Shown piece by piece: positions 37,640-49,349 of a stretch of 64,000 nt of DNA (positions within the stretch are counted from its first letter, which is position 1; every line of letters starts with the position of its first letter). The DNA is from Dimorphilus gyrociliatus (taxonomy: Eukaryota > Animalia > Annelida). The DNA is taken from assembly GCA_904063045.1 (NCBI GenBank), contig CAJFCJ010000026.1, positions 288,964 to 352,963 on the forward strand, written 5' to 3'. The position numbers and the translations under genes are program-made. The notes under the pieces were generated by a model. It searched no databases. It was not told the origin of the DNA and saw nothing but the letters and a program-made list of their open reading frames with translations.

Positions 37640-39160
37640 TAGGCAGCCATTATCCAGGTAAGAGCTAACCCTGTTCAAAATCATTGAAAATATCGATATT
37701 TTCAGTGGTCGACTAGACAGACCACCATCGAGGTGATTTACAGCGAATCCTAAGGTATATCAAGCCATCAAGTCATATTTGAAATTGAGAACACGAGAGA
37801 TCTCTCATCAATATTCATAATATTAGCAAACACTTATTGATATTCAAGTAGCGGGAAATATTTGTTCATTTCAGTTCCTTATAAGGAACGAGAAGATGGA
37901 TTTTCTAATATTGAGATAACCCAAGAATATTTAAATAAGTTAGAAACTGGAAGATCTGGATAAATGTACGATTCTTCATCATCATTTGATGTCGGAAAAT
38001 CATTTGATGATTTTGATACTGGGTCTCCTGGTTTCTTTAATGATATTACCGATATCGATATTCTGGCAAATTATACTCAATCTTGCAGCTACTACAAAAT
38101 CTTACCATTCAAATGCGATCCAATATTTCACATATATTTACACAGCAACAAATCTATGGACCGATTGCAATCTATTCGCTGACTAGAGAATTATATACTG
38201 TATAATGCTGAATGTAGGAAAGGAATCCAGACTCTGTTTGATCACTACGGCGTTAAGGGTCTTAAAAAGAATTCAATACGATTCGAATCTGATGGCAAAA
38301 TATTATATTAAAATAGAAGAGTTCTTCTAGCGGGTCCTTCATTGTTGGCCAACCAATTACAATTTTTTCTCTTCACCGCGAGCATCGATTCGGAGAGTAA
38401 AACTGACGGCAACAATACGGGCAGCCAATTTTATAAAATCTCTTCAATCTATCTTGAGAATATGCAAAATATGTTTGGTAAATAATTACAAGACGATTTA
38501 CATATGGTTAATTTGTCAGATTCCCGGAAGAATTTATAAGTTTGGTTTAACCCTAACCTTAAGACTAACCTACAGGATGATAAAGTATACCTTAGTTATT
38601 ACATGTCTAGGTACTCTTGCTGAACAAATATTTTTATCATCAGATTCACTGACGGTCGAATTTCAACTGTTTCTGGACATGTGGGGATGATGACCTGAAC
38701 CTATTATATCCGATTCCGTTTCAACTTTTCAAAAATGATATCGAACATAGATCGATATTATAAACAATAGTATTAGATAAAGTATTTATCGTGGAAATTT
38801 ATTTCATCTTACTCTTTACATAAATTTGGAGTTTAAAAGAGACAGGGTTATTATAGTAATTAAAACGATGTTAACTACTTCTAATCTAAAGAAAAAACAT
38901 GCTTCAATATGAGAAACAACGTAAAAGACGTAAGACGTATGTCTTACGACTATGAATATGACCCGACAACAACATCCGAAGAACGTCAACTACTAAATGC
39001 GAGATGCCAACACAAAATTATTCAAAAATCTCTTCAAGAAAGCAAGATGGTGGAAAGATATAAAAATGAATTTGTGCTTTATTTTGACCAACAAGTTCAA
39101 ACATTACACAACACATTTCAGAATGTAACTATGAAATGCATTCAGGACGCGATAAGATAG
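37640..39160 (+). mobile_element. Heavily deleted BEL/Pao pol remnant (protease/RT/integrase pieces), same family as the minus-strand array
   Basis: DDFDTGSPGFFNDITDIDILANY, GIQTLFDHYGVK, LLAGPSLLANQLQ, ICKICLVNN, PEPIISDS and YDPTTTSEERQLLNARC...VLYFDQ each match peptides of the minus-strand copies (e.g. ORFs 53064, 53417, 51349, 57737). Confidence 0.8.
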
Positions 39161-39175
39161 AAAGGGAAGTTAGAG

Positions 39176-41057
39176 AACCCTAACCCTTATCTAACCCTTT
39201 CCCTGACTTTCTAATTGCTTTCTTAGAGTTAAAAGCTCAGAATTCTCAATACATATCTTTTTCAGTAAAATATCGCCATTCTGTTTATAACTTTGGACGA
39301 ATATAATTTATTCGCTAATACACCTCGACAAACCTGAGGGGTATTTGAACCAATACTTTGGCAATATTATTAAATGAGCAATACGGACAACTTCGGTTGG
39401 GACCTGACCGAAATTCATGCGATCATGATAAAACAAAGCACATTTTCCATGAATACTTAAAAAAATTGCGTGACCCAAACTTTCCCTGATTAAAATTGAG
39501 AACACTACGGGACTCTCATTAATATTCACAAAATCAGTTCAAACTTATGAACTTTATGAATATTCAGAAAGAAAGTTTTCCAAATTGAATTTAATAATTA
39601 ATTTGAATATTCAGGAAGTTGTCCGCATAAGGAATAATATTCGATCTTTCTCATGAAGATCAATAAACTGAATTTGTCCTGCAAAAAATTGCGAAAAATA
39701 GAGAATTCTTTTCAAGTTCAAAAATGTAAACTAATTCTGACCAAAAATCCTGACTCACTAACTCTTTTCAAAATTCATAAAATGTATTTTAACCCTAACC
39801 CTAACCCTAACTCTGAAGATTCAGAATCAGATTATTCTTATGAATATCTCATTTTCACCGATATCCTTCAACAAAGATAATTCTCAATGAAATTTGACAG
39901 CAGCGAAATACCTCTTAATATTTTTCTAATGTTAGCTCATACTTCTCAAAAGTCATATTGGCTCATAAAAATAACTATAAAAATTACCTCATTTTGAAAA
40001 AGTTGGCTTTTACTAAAATTATAAACATAAGAAAATACTCATCAATATTTATCAAACTATTTTATATCAATATTTATGACTTAAATTTAAACTACAAAGA
40101 TTGAAAACATCAAGAACGTTTTATTAATATTCAAAATATTGACTTATTCTCGTCAATAATCAAAATGATATCTAACCCTAACCCTAACCCTAACATAGGA
40201 AATGCATGGCCTGCAAACAACTCATTGTTAGTAGAGCATGGACAGTAGGATATAGTGCATTGTCCAACAAACAACTAACCAAACGTTCTGTCTGACGAAA
40301 CATACGTAACACCGATGATTTTATTGCAGTTTTAGTTTTCATTTAGTTATAATGTGTATAAATTGAAAGAATTCCGATCACCGATCGAAGCTGGACTACT
40401 ATAGCCGAGTAAGTCAAAGTTCGTAAAATCCTCAAGAGCATTAGAAAGTTAGAACTTTGTGAGTGGGAAAAAATCAAACCGAAATACTAACAATTAGCTC
40501 AAACTTATCAATACTCAAAATATTTCCATTGATATCAAGAACATGTATAAAAAACATCTTCTTAGCTTTAATATTAAGAACATCAGAAAACTCTCTTCAA
40601 TTTTGATAATATATTTACAGAAGTATTCATCATATAAGTTTTTCTACACTGAAATTGAAAAAATCCAAATTCTTCTCAAGAATTTATATGTTAGCTCGTT
40701 GTCATCAATGATCATAATTTTAGAAGATTGCGATTACAACAGAATAGCTTATGCGTCTCATTTAGAGACGTTCGAAAAATAAATAAGATAAAGTTAACCC
40801 TAACCCTAACATAGTAAAATGTACTTAAAAAGTACTGCGGGAACTGTCATAATTAAAAGTTATTCTATTTAATATTCAAGATTTGAAAAAAGTTGTTCAC
40901 GTTAAATTAAGAAAAATAAAGAATTTTATTATCATGGATATTCATACGATTCGATTCTCATGAATATTCAATTAATTGGTTTTTCACGAATATTCATAAT
41001 TCCAATTGATTGACTAATGTCAATATTCATTAGATTTATGTTAACCCTAACACTAAC
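39176..41057 (+). repeat. Cluster of short telomere-type (TAACCC)2-4 tracts in an AATATT-rich degenerate repeat
   Basis: Tracts at 39176-39198, 39790-39811, 40172-40194, 40795-40810 and 41042-41057, all with the C-strand on +. Two end in TAACATAG. Recurrent GAATATTCA motifs lie between them. Confidence 0.85.
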
Positions 41058-41621
41058 TTTGTTACGTGTTTTTTCAGGATGTTGGAATCGACTTAAAAAT
41101 GCTTTTTTTAAGGGACGGGAACTGTTTTAGACTACATTTCTTACTGTCTTTTGCTTTAAAGGATAGATATTAGAAACTTTTCACTATTTTTCATGTAATT
41201 ATCTGTTTTTCATCAATATTCCTGATCCCTGGTGATTAATAATATCAGCCAAATCTTTTTAATATTCAAAATGGTGGGTAATTTCATAAATATTCATGAG
41301 TCACATTTGTGAAATATTGACAAACATCAATTGTTACAAGTCAATGAAGTCTATCACAAATTTTCATGCATTAAAAGTTTTTTACACCAGCTTGAGATAT
41401 CTGAATAGGTATTCTCGATGTTTCCAAAAATTCTTTGACTGTCATTTCGGTAATTGTGGGAAGCCTGGATAAAGTCTCAAAAAAAGACTATTACTAAAAT
41501 TAATAGAGAAATGAACAGGATGAAGCAGAGAGGAGAGAGGGTAACATTCACAAAAACACAAGCAAGCATTTGCCAAATGATTATTCCAATTGAATAATTG
41601 TTCCAATTGAATATGAGAGGG

Positions 41622-44600
41622 TTAGGTCTGTAGGATGAAATCGTCTATATGTAGATTTGACTTGCACTTGTCCCTATACCATTTAGTCCTTTTAGGCAGA
41701 TCGTTATGTAATTTTGTACAACTTTTTAAGTGTAATTGTTGACGTTCCTTTGTAATCACTGCTGGGTTGTATTCACCGTCTTTAATTTGTAATTTGTTTA
41801 ATTTGATGAAATTTTTGGGTGATACAACCATAGGGTCGGTTAAATCATCAACCCCAAAGCTTACGTGGCGATGATTCATTTGGTTTTCAATTGGCGAAAC
41901 AGTTTCCCATATCAGTTGTTCGTTTTTCTTTAACTCCGAGATAAGAATCATTTCTTTTATTAGCCCTATTAGGTTTTCAATAATTCGCATTTTGTGGGTG
42001 GAGAAGGCGGCGTTAAATTTCAAATCTAAATATTTCACATTAGATTTTTGAAGGTCCAAGCCGAGTCAGAGATGATCGACTATGGCCAGTTCCATCTGTT
42101 CATAAACAGTTGAAACTCAATCATTAAAGCTTAAACTGTCAACGAAGTTATAGGTGCTATTTGTACCGCACGGTGTCTCAGATATGAAATTATTAGCAAG
42201 TAGACTTTGTCCCCATTCATGGTTCAGCAGATGGATCCTGTGAAATCTATCGCACAGTTCTGAAAAGGGTTAATGAATTCACCAATGCGTGATTCGGGTA
42301 GGTTCACCATCCTTAGGACCTTTCTTTTGTGATTTTTCACGATGAGAAATTTTCATCTCTTTAAAACATATTTTTATTTCCGTTGGAACATAGAGCAGGT
42401 GTTGGTTCTGCTATAATTTCTTTCAAATGGCTCTGATAGTAGCATTATTCATGTTGTAATGGATGTAGTTGATGAATTTTGTGATAATAGGGTGGTGAGC
42501 ATTAACTATGATCTTCTTCATTTTTCGTGATTCATATGACCTTTATTGCTGCTGTCAATTCTGATCGAGGAGAGAAGAAAACACGGGAAGAACATGCCAA
42601 AAGGAAGCCTTGACTGTCTTTCACTGCATAAACATTGGCGCCATATGCTATTTGGGAGGCATCGGCATAGATATGAATTGCATCGACGTGTGGAATCTTC
42701 CTCGAGATTTTGTAGATTCCACAAATTTCCTTCAGTATTTTAGTGATATTGGTTTCGTTTTTACTTGTTTCATCCCATGTGAGACCGTGGAACTCAGAGA
42801 TGAGAACCTTAGCTTGTAGCTTTATAGGTTCGATGAATCCCATAATATCATATACTCGGGCTAAGTTAGAGTAGGAATGTCATTTTGTGATGGGCGTTCG
42901 ACATCTCAATCATACAAATTAACTTTAATTTCGTCGCGATCAGGAATGTATAGCTTAATAAGGGAGTCAATATACTTTATTTTTAAAGAGGAATGGGTGC
43001 TGATCCAGTTGCTATTTGTTGCGCATTTTATGAATGATGGGGAGTCATAAGAGAGCGGACAAAATATTGCCCTCCTTTTGAGGGTCTTCGTATAGAAATC
43101 CAAAATAGGGTGAATGTGTTTTGTCAACGCCCCTATTCATGAATATATGCTTTATGTCAGCAAATATGAAATATGATTGAGTTCGCCATAACGTAAGGAG
43201 GTGGACTTGATTTGACAACCACGAGGATCTTGGATGAAGTATATCATTGAGGGGATAGCCTTTATAATTCGCTGCTCCATCAGAGACAATGCGGATTGAG
43301 CTTTGTTTTGTAATATGTTTGCATCATGTTTGAATGGTAATGGAATAGTCCAATAGTCATTTGTAGGCTGTACGTAATTCGCCATAATATCAGTTGCAGG
43401 AATATCATTGATTGAACAAGATGGATCTGTATCAAGATTGTCTACATCGGGCAGTTGGATAACTGGATTGATGTAGTGAACATTTGGATTGGTCTCTAAT
43501 TAGTAGTTTCATCATATGACGAGGTGGTTTGAAACCATGCAAGAACATATAAAATGTAAGTGTAATTTTTAGTGATATACCATTTGAGGGGTCCGAGATG
43601 AGCATGTGTACAATCCTGGTATAAACTTTGTCTGATGAATAAATCAACTCGATCAATGGATAGTGGTGGCTCGATATAATGCGAATTATATATTTTGGCA
43701 TCAGTGATAGCGATCCTACAACGTGTGCATCAACATCATATTCCCTCCTCCAATGAGGGACTATAGTTCCAACTTTCTCTGTTGTCATCGTTTGAAAGTC
43801 ATGTCATTGTTGACGTATATGTCAATACGCCACTTATACTGACTGACTCATTGTGTAGGATATGGTCTCCAGAAATTGTCTACAAATCAGAGAGATAGCT
43901 GCCCCAGTATTGATGAGAGGAGCTATAATCCTATGATTTTCTGAATTGCCAGACGCGGGAACCTTGACTGTTGCAGCATAGACTGGCATTCTCTCTCTGA
44001 TACTCTCCGATTGGTTAAAGTTCACTGCAGAAGTCGATTTACGTGTTGTTGTCCGCTTCTGAAATAAAGGTGTGTGATACTTTGGATTGCATTTCTTGCA
44101 GTTAAATTTTGATTGACAATTTTTTTACTTGTATATCCGCCACATAGACAATTGGAACAATGATTAAGAAGTTGAATCAATCTCTGTCTTCCCTTAGGCT
44201 CCGAGTTTATATATGTTGGGCAATATGCCAGATACAAGTCTGATTTTCTGTCCATAAACAGTTGGAGTTTTTGCTGGTTGTGACTTTAGTTCTACCCTCC
44301 GAGTTCGGATAGGGATTTTTATCGGTTGTTATGTATTAATGTTTGGGTGGCCTTTGATTTATGAGGTCATAAGAGAGTTTGGTCATGTTGGATGCTAGAT
44401 AAGTTCCTTTTTCGACGGCTTATTAAAATTATTAATTATTCTTGAAATAGATTGACCTAATTCAGATACAATTGAGTCAAAGTTATCAGGATATTTGAAG
44501 ATAAAAGAAGAGACTGAACTTTGAATGTCTGGTAGCATTTTTCTGTATAACGTTCAAGTTTTTCGAATTGCTAACGTCTTTTATAATTTGGTAATTGTAA

Positions 44601-45160
44601 AAACGAAAAAGAGTGTTTTAAACTCAACCCAATCGCAACATTATTAGGTTGGAATTAGGTTGAGGATTCGTTGCAATGTGTTTCCTCCATGTAATGAAGT
44701 GTCACCAAAGATGAAATCTAAGGTGTGTTAATAAGGCTTAGGAATTTCTTCATAATCACCTTTATTATTGCTCACGATATTCACAACAGTCGGCTTCGAT
44801 TTAGAATCTTCGTTGATTCTCCCGCCATTTGTATATGACGTTCCGTTACATTCTGGTCGAAGTTCCACCATCTTGTTCTTCGACCGTTGGAGAATGTTCT
44901 ATCTCTTGCGTTTGAAAATGGACAGGTGACTTACATGATTCCTTGGTAGAATTTATTTAGTTAGAACCAATCACTTGAATGATACGTTCCATCTGTTTTT
45001 CCAGAGAATCTTTCTTCGAATCTACTTCTTTGCTCCTTCAGTTTCTCATCAAGTGTTGGTGAATCGACCATGTTGGTCAGTTGAGTTGTGGTTTCCAAAT
45101 GGTTTAGTTTGAGTTTGTCTCTACCTCAGCATGTTCAATTTTACTAATATCTTATATTAT
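41622..45160 (-). mobile_element. BEL/Pao internal region, copy A (gag-PR-RT-RH-IN), decayed and 3'-truncated
   Basis: gag knuckle YCPTY...CSNCLCGGY (44022-44255); protease LINTGAAISLI; RT pieces; RNase H IHIYADASQIAYGA; integrase tail (41622-42059). Many stops and frameshifts. Confidence 0.9.
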
Positions 45161-46592
45161 TGTTGTCACACAAACTGGCGACTTTATGATTAAGATATAT
45201 AATTTATATACAATAATCGTAATAATCGTAGTAATCGAAAGTAGCTGTGATATGAATGAATAAGGTAGAACGAGTGATATTTGTGTCTTAACTAAGGTTT
45301 TTTTAAAGTATTAACGTAGCGTTTGTAAAATGATCACATAACGTATAGATATAAATTTATATGAAAACAGTGGAAATTCATTACTATTTCATTACGAGAC
45401 AATGAAAATTTTTTATTCCAACTGCTCTGCCGAAAAGAGACCAATGAAGCTTTTTCATCTCTTCCTTTCTCTTTCTGTTAAATTGTTCTACAATTTTTTC
45501 AATTCTCTTCCGTAATTCCTCCTTATTTGTAATATGAAAATCTGTCGTGCGTAGCATCTTTCAACATATGCCAAACATTTTCAATAGGTGACAGGTGAAG
45601 AGAATATGGTGGCCAGGGCAAAATCTTGAAGTTTTCAACTTGGAAAAAGTTTTTCACCGTCTTTGCCTTGCTGCAAAATAAATCCTTGTGGCATTTTCTT
45701 ACAGAAGAAGGGTAAGGCCTCCTTTTTCAACAAATTCAGGTACCATATCTTGTTACATTTTTTTTTGTATGCGTGAGATACACAAGATCCCATCTGGAAC
45801 TAATGCCCTTCACACCACTAACCCACCTCCCAGCATTGGAGTTTTGATCCTTAGGCTTTCCCTCTCTGTATTAAAGCTCCAGATTTGAAAATTATCGGGC
45901 CGTTTGAGAGAAAACCTACATTCATCCAATATTATAGCGGTTTTCCAGTTGGCATTTTCTCTTATCCAATTGGAGCAAATGTTAACCCTCTTTTCCCTAA
46001 TCTACCTGATGATAGAGGGTGTTGTTGAATTTTTGATACTTGGTACCCATTCTTTTTATCGTTCTTTGCAGTGTCCTTTTAGAAATATTTATTTGGCATA
46101 TGCTGTAAAGGTTACAGGGCTCCCATAAGTGCCAACCTTTTTATAGATTGGTTTTGCAATGTATTACACCATCAAATTCTTTAGATTTAGAAATTCAGTG
46201 ATCTCTTTGTAGGTTCTCCCACCCTACCACCTTCTCCATCACAATTTTGTGAATTTCTTTGGAATGCGTATTTTTTTTCAAGTTACAAACTACAGTGTTT
46301 TCATACAATATATAGAATGTCAGCAAGAAAAAGTCAATTAATCTTAAACTCTTTTTTCAACAAATTTTTCATTGTCTCATAATGAAACTGTAATGAATTT
46401 CCAATATTTTGATATATAAAACATTGATTTTGATTAGTTAACGGGGTAAAATTTGTAAAAAATATACCGCACGAAAAATGTTGTCTTTGCTGTATATACT
46501 GTATATGTTGAGGAAGTTACGATCGAAGATACTATAAATTTAAATATAGGGACGTAACGTCCTTAATGGTAACGATATGATCACCGACTACA
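45161..46592 (-). mobile_element. BEL LTR shared by copies A and B, split by a Tc1 insertion
   Basis: Left terminus TGTTGTC at 45161, right terminus GACTACA at 46592. The segment gtagaacg..tgatattt.tgtcttaac matches the intact LTR at 57379-57601. Confidence 0.75.
45366..46505 (-). mobile_element. Decayed Tc1/mariner transposon
   Basis: Minus strand reads NWKTAIILDECRFSL, LGGGLVV, FILQQ and ILPWPPYSLHLSPIENVW. The right end falls at ...ACTG|TA (about 46501). The left end is approximate. Confidence 0.8.
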
Positions 46593-48480
46593 CTGGCCGA
46601 GGAGAGAAACCCTAACCCCATCTCTTGCGCCTCTCTCGATTTTGTTGTGCCCAGTATGTATTTCGAAGATACGGTCTGTAATTTTACGGGTCATATATCC
46701 CAACTTGAAGATATACCTGAACCGTTGGTCAAGGTATAGAACGAGGTCGTCGGATTGTAGGTTCAGCTTGCATATGTCTTTATACCATTTGGTCCTCTTG
46801 TGCAAGTTGTTGAATAGTTCCGTGCAATATTTTGCGTTCAGGAGCTGAAATTCTTTGGTGATAACAGCAGGGTCATAATCGCCGTCTTTTATTGCCAGTT
46901 TATTCAGTTTTATGAAATCTATGGGCGATACCGTCATCGGTTCCCCTAAATCGTCGATCGCGAGACTTATTGGATGACGGTTCATTAGATCCTCGATTGC
47001 CAAATGATGAGGCGAATGGTATCCTATTCGAGACGCTTATTTTTCTTTATTTTACTGGTGAGCATCATCCCCTTTATTAGGCCGATTATTATTTCAACGA
47101 CTCCCACTTTGTGTGTGGAGTAAGGGAAATTGAACTTTCAGTGAAGATGTCTCAGCCAAGTCGGAGATAACTGATTTTTGCCAGTTCCATCTCTCCACAA
47201 ATAATTGGAATTGGATTATCAGTGTTTGACTCAGGTAGATTCGCCATTTTTAAAACGGTCCTTTATGATTCTTTGCTATGCATAGTGTGCATCTCATTGG
47301 GACACTTTTTATTCCTGTCGTAGCATGGAAGAGGTGTAGGTATTCAGATAATTTCGTCCAGATAGCCTTAAGTGACGTGTGGTTCATTTCATGATGTACG
47401 TGGTAGATTAATTTATTAAGGATAGGATGATGGGCGTCGACTATGATCTTTATTTGTTGTGAGTCGTTCGATCTTCCTCCTCAAGCAGTGAGTAAGACTT
47501 TGATGGCCTTGTCAGTGGCATGGTGGTTTGGACGAGTTTGAACAGGTGCCCTTTCGTTGTGCCCTTTCAAGTTTCCAGATCCCTATTTCGTTGTCCGTGA
47601 CTCTATCATCTGGTGATGACCGGACGTTGGATTTGAATTTCAGGATCCAGGCCATTACGTGCCGCATTTTTGGCCATTCTCCTTTTATCTCGAAAGAAAA
47701 ATCAATAGCTATCATGCTAATTGTAATGTTGGGTGTATCTATTTCTATTAATGCTTCCCATTTCTCCTTTATTTTTCTTTTTGCTTTAGTTAGGTAATCG
47801 GCAGGGTTGTCTTCTGAATTTATAAGGCACCAATTGGTCTTTTGCTTTTGTTCTTAATATTGATTTCATGGCGTGGCGTATGTGATTTGCCAGTTTTAAA
47901 TCACCGATTTCTAAGGAGCTAAAAAGTTTCTTGCTTTTGACGAAAACTTGGGATGTCTGGGAAAATGGTACTATATGGACATGATAAAATTCGTGACTCC
48001 TATAGCTGTCGTCAATTCTGCTTGTGGGATTGATGCCCTGGGCGAGGGAAAGAGTCGAGAAGATGTCAGCAAGTAGCCTTTACCTTCGCTAACCACATAT
48101 ACAGCTGCGCCATAGGCCATGTCCGATGCATCGGCATAAATATGGATTGCATCAGGAGATGAAATCTGTCTTGTAATTAAATAAGAACCAGATATATCTT
48201 TTGAAATCTTATTGATGTGGGTTTCGTTTTTACATGTAGCATCCCAATTTAGGTCGTGGAATTCAGAGATAAGGATTTTGGCTTGTAGTTTTACAGGTTC
48301 AATGAATCCCACGATATCATATATTCGGGCGATGCATGAATAGAACTGACGTTTAGTGATAAGACGTTCAAAGTCTCGACTATGTATGTTGACTTTGATT
48401 TCATCTTGATCCGGAATGTACGTTTAATATCTGGGCTATTTTTAGACAAGTTTTCTAGCCATTTCATCTCTTTCCTTACA
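46593..48480 (-). mobile_element. BEL/Pao copy B (RT end, RNase H, integrase)
   Basis: GFIEPVKLQAK...IHIYADASDMAYGA (47971-48312); integrase tail ORF 46581-47003 ending at the LTR. Confidence 0.9.
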
Positions 48481-48489
48481 TATGTCATA

Positions 48490-49250
48490 GTTTTTTTTAC
48501 TGTATCCCTCTTTATAGTTGGGTACAACATTTTCTGAAAGTTTACCTATAAATTATACCCATCAGCATTCGTCCAAAGTGGGAATTGGCAGAGTCCTCTC
48601 TGTTATATTATATAAATCCAACTACCATTATGTTTCCAACCATCAAACTTTACTGTTTTAGTTGTATATTTTGGATCATTTCTTGTACCGACTGGCCTCT
48701 TAACGTATTCCCTACGACGACGATGGAGTTCGATTTTGCTCTCATCACTGAATATCACTTTTCTCCAGCTATTTGAGCTCCATTTAAGATTTTGCTTAAT
48801 TTGCTTCCCATTTAGAGCTGGCTTCTTTTTGCAACAGTCCTTCCATTTAATTTGCACTTGCAAACAATTTTTTTTCACGCTAGATAGTAATATTTAAATT
48901 AGGAACTGCAGAATTTTCTAGAACTCCCCTAGAAGCGGTCCATTCTGGGTTTGATCTGCACGTTTTTGTAAGTTGTAGCTCCATCCTCATCGTTATTTTG
49001 CGTGGTCTACCAGACCAATGTAGGTCTTTTATCGTTCCAAATTCTTTAAATTTTTTGCACCATAGCGATCGAATTTTGTTGCAATACCTCGAATGGTCAT
49101 TTTTGGCATGCTCAAATGATGCATGCTCTAAAGATAGGCGACGTATTTTTTAATATTTCCAAAATAAATGGTATGTTCTAAATTCTTTGAAGAACAAGAG
49201 AACAATATTTGTAGGCCATTTTTTTTCAATGACACTACTCATAATTATGA
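48490..49250 (-). mobile_element. Tc1/mariner remnant (N-terminal half)
   Basis: SGRPRKIT linker, WRKVIFSDESKIEL (first catalytic D) and KTVKF. Confidence 0.8.
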
Positions 49251-49349
49251 GGTAGTAGTGACGGTATTATAATTACTTCATAGCAATCTAAATTCATAGT
49301 ATTGTAAAAAAGAGTAAAAAACTGATTTTGGACAGTTTTATGATATAAT

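Noticed and set aside
39653-39880. ORF containing NPNPNPN
   Set aside because: Translation of the (TAACCC)n tract, with no other coding signal.
41618-41626. AGGGTTAGG at the 3' truncation of BEL copy A as telomere healing
   Set aside because: Only about 1.5 units, the wrong polarity for capping the retained fragment, and partly alignable to the element itself.
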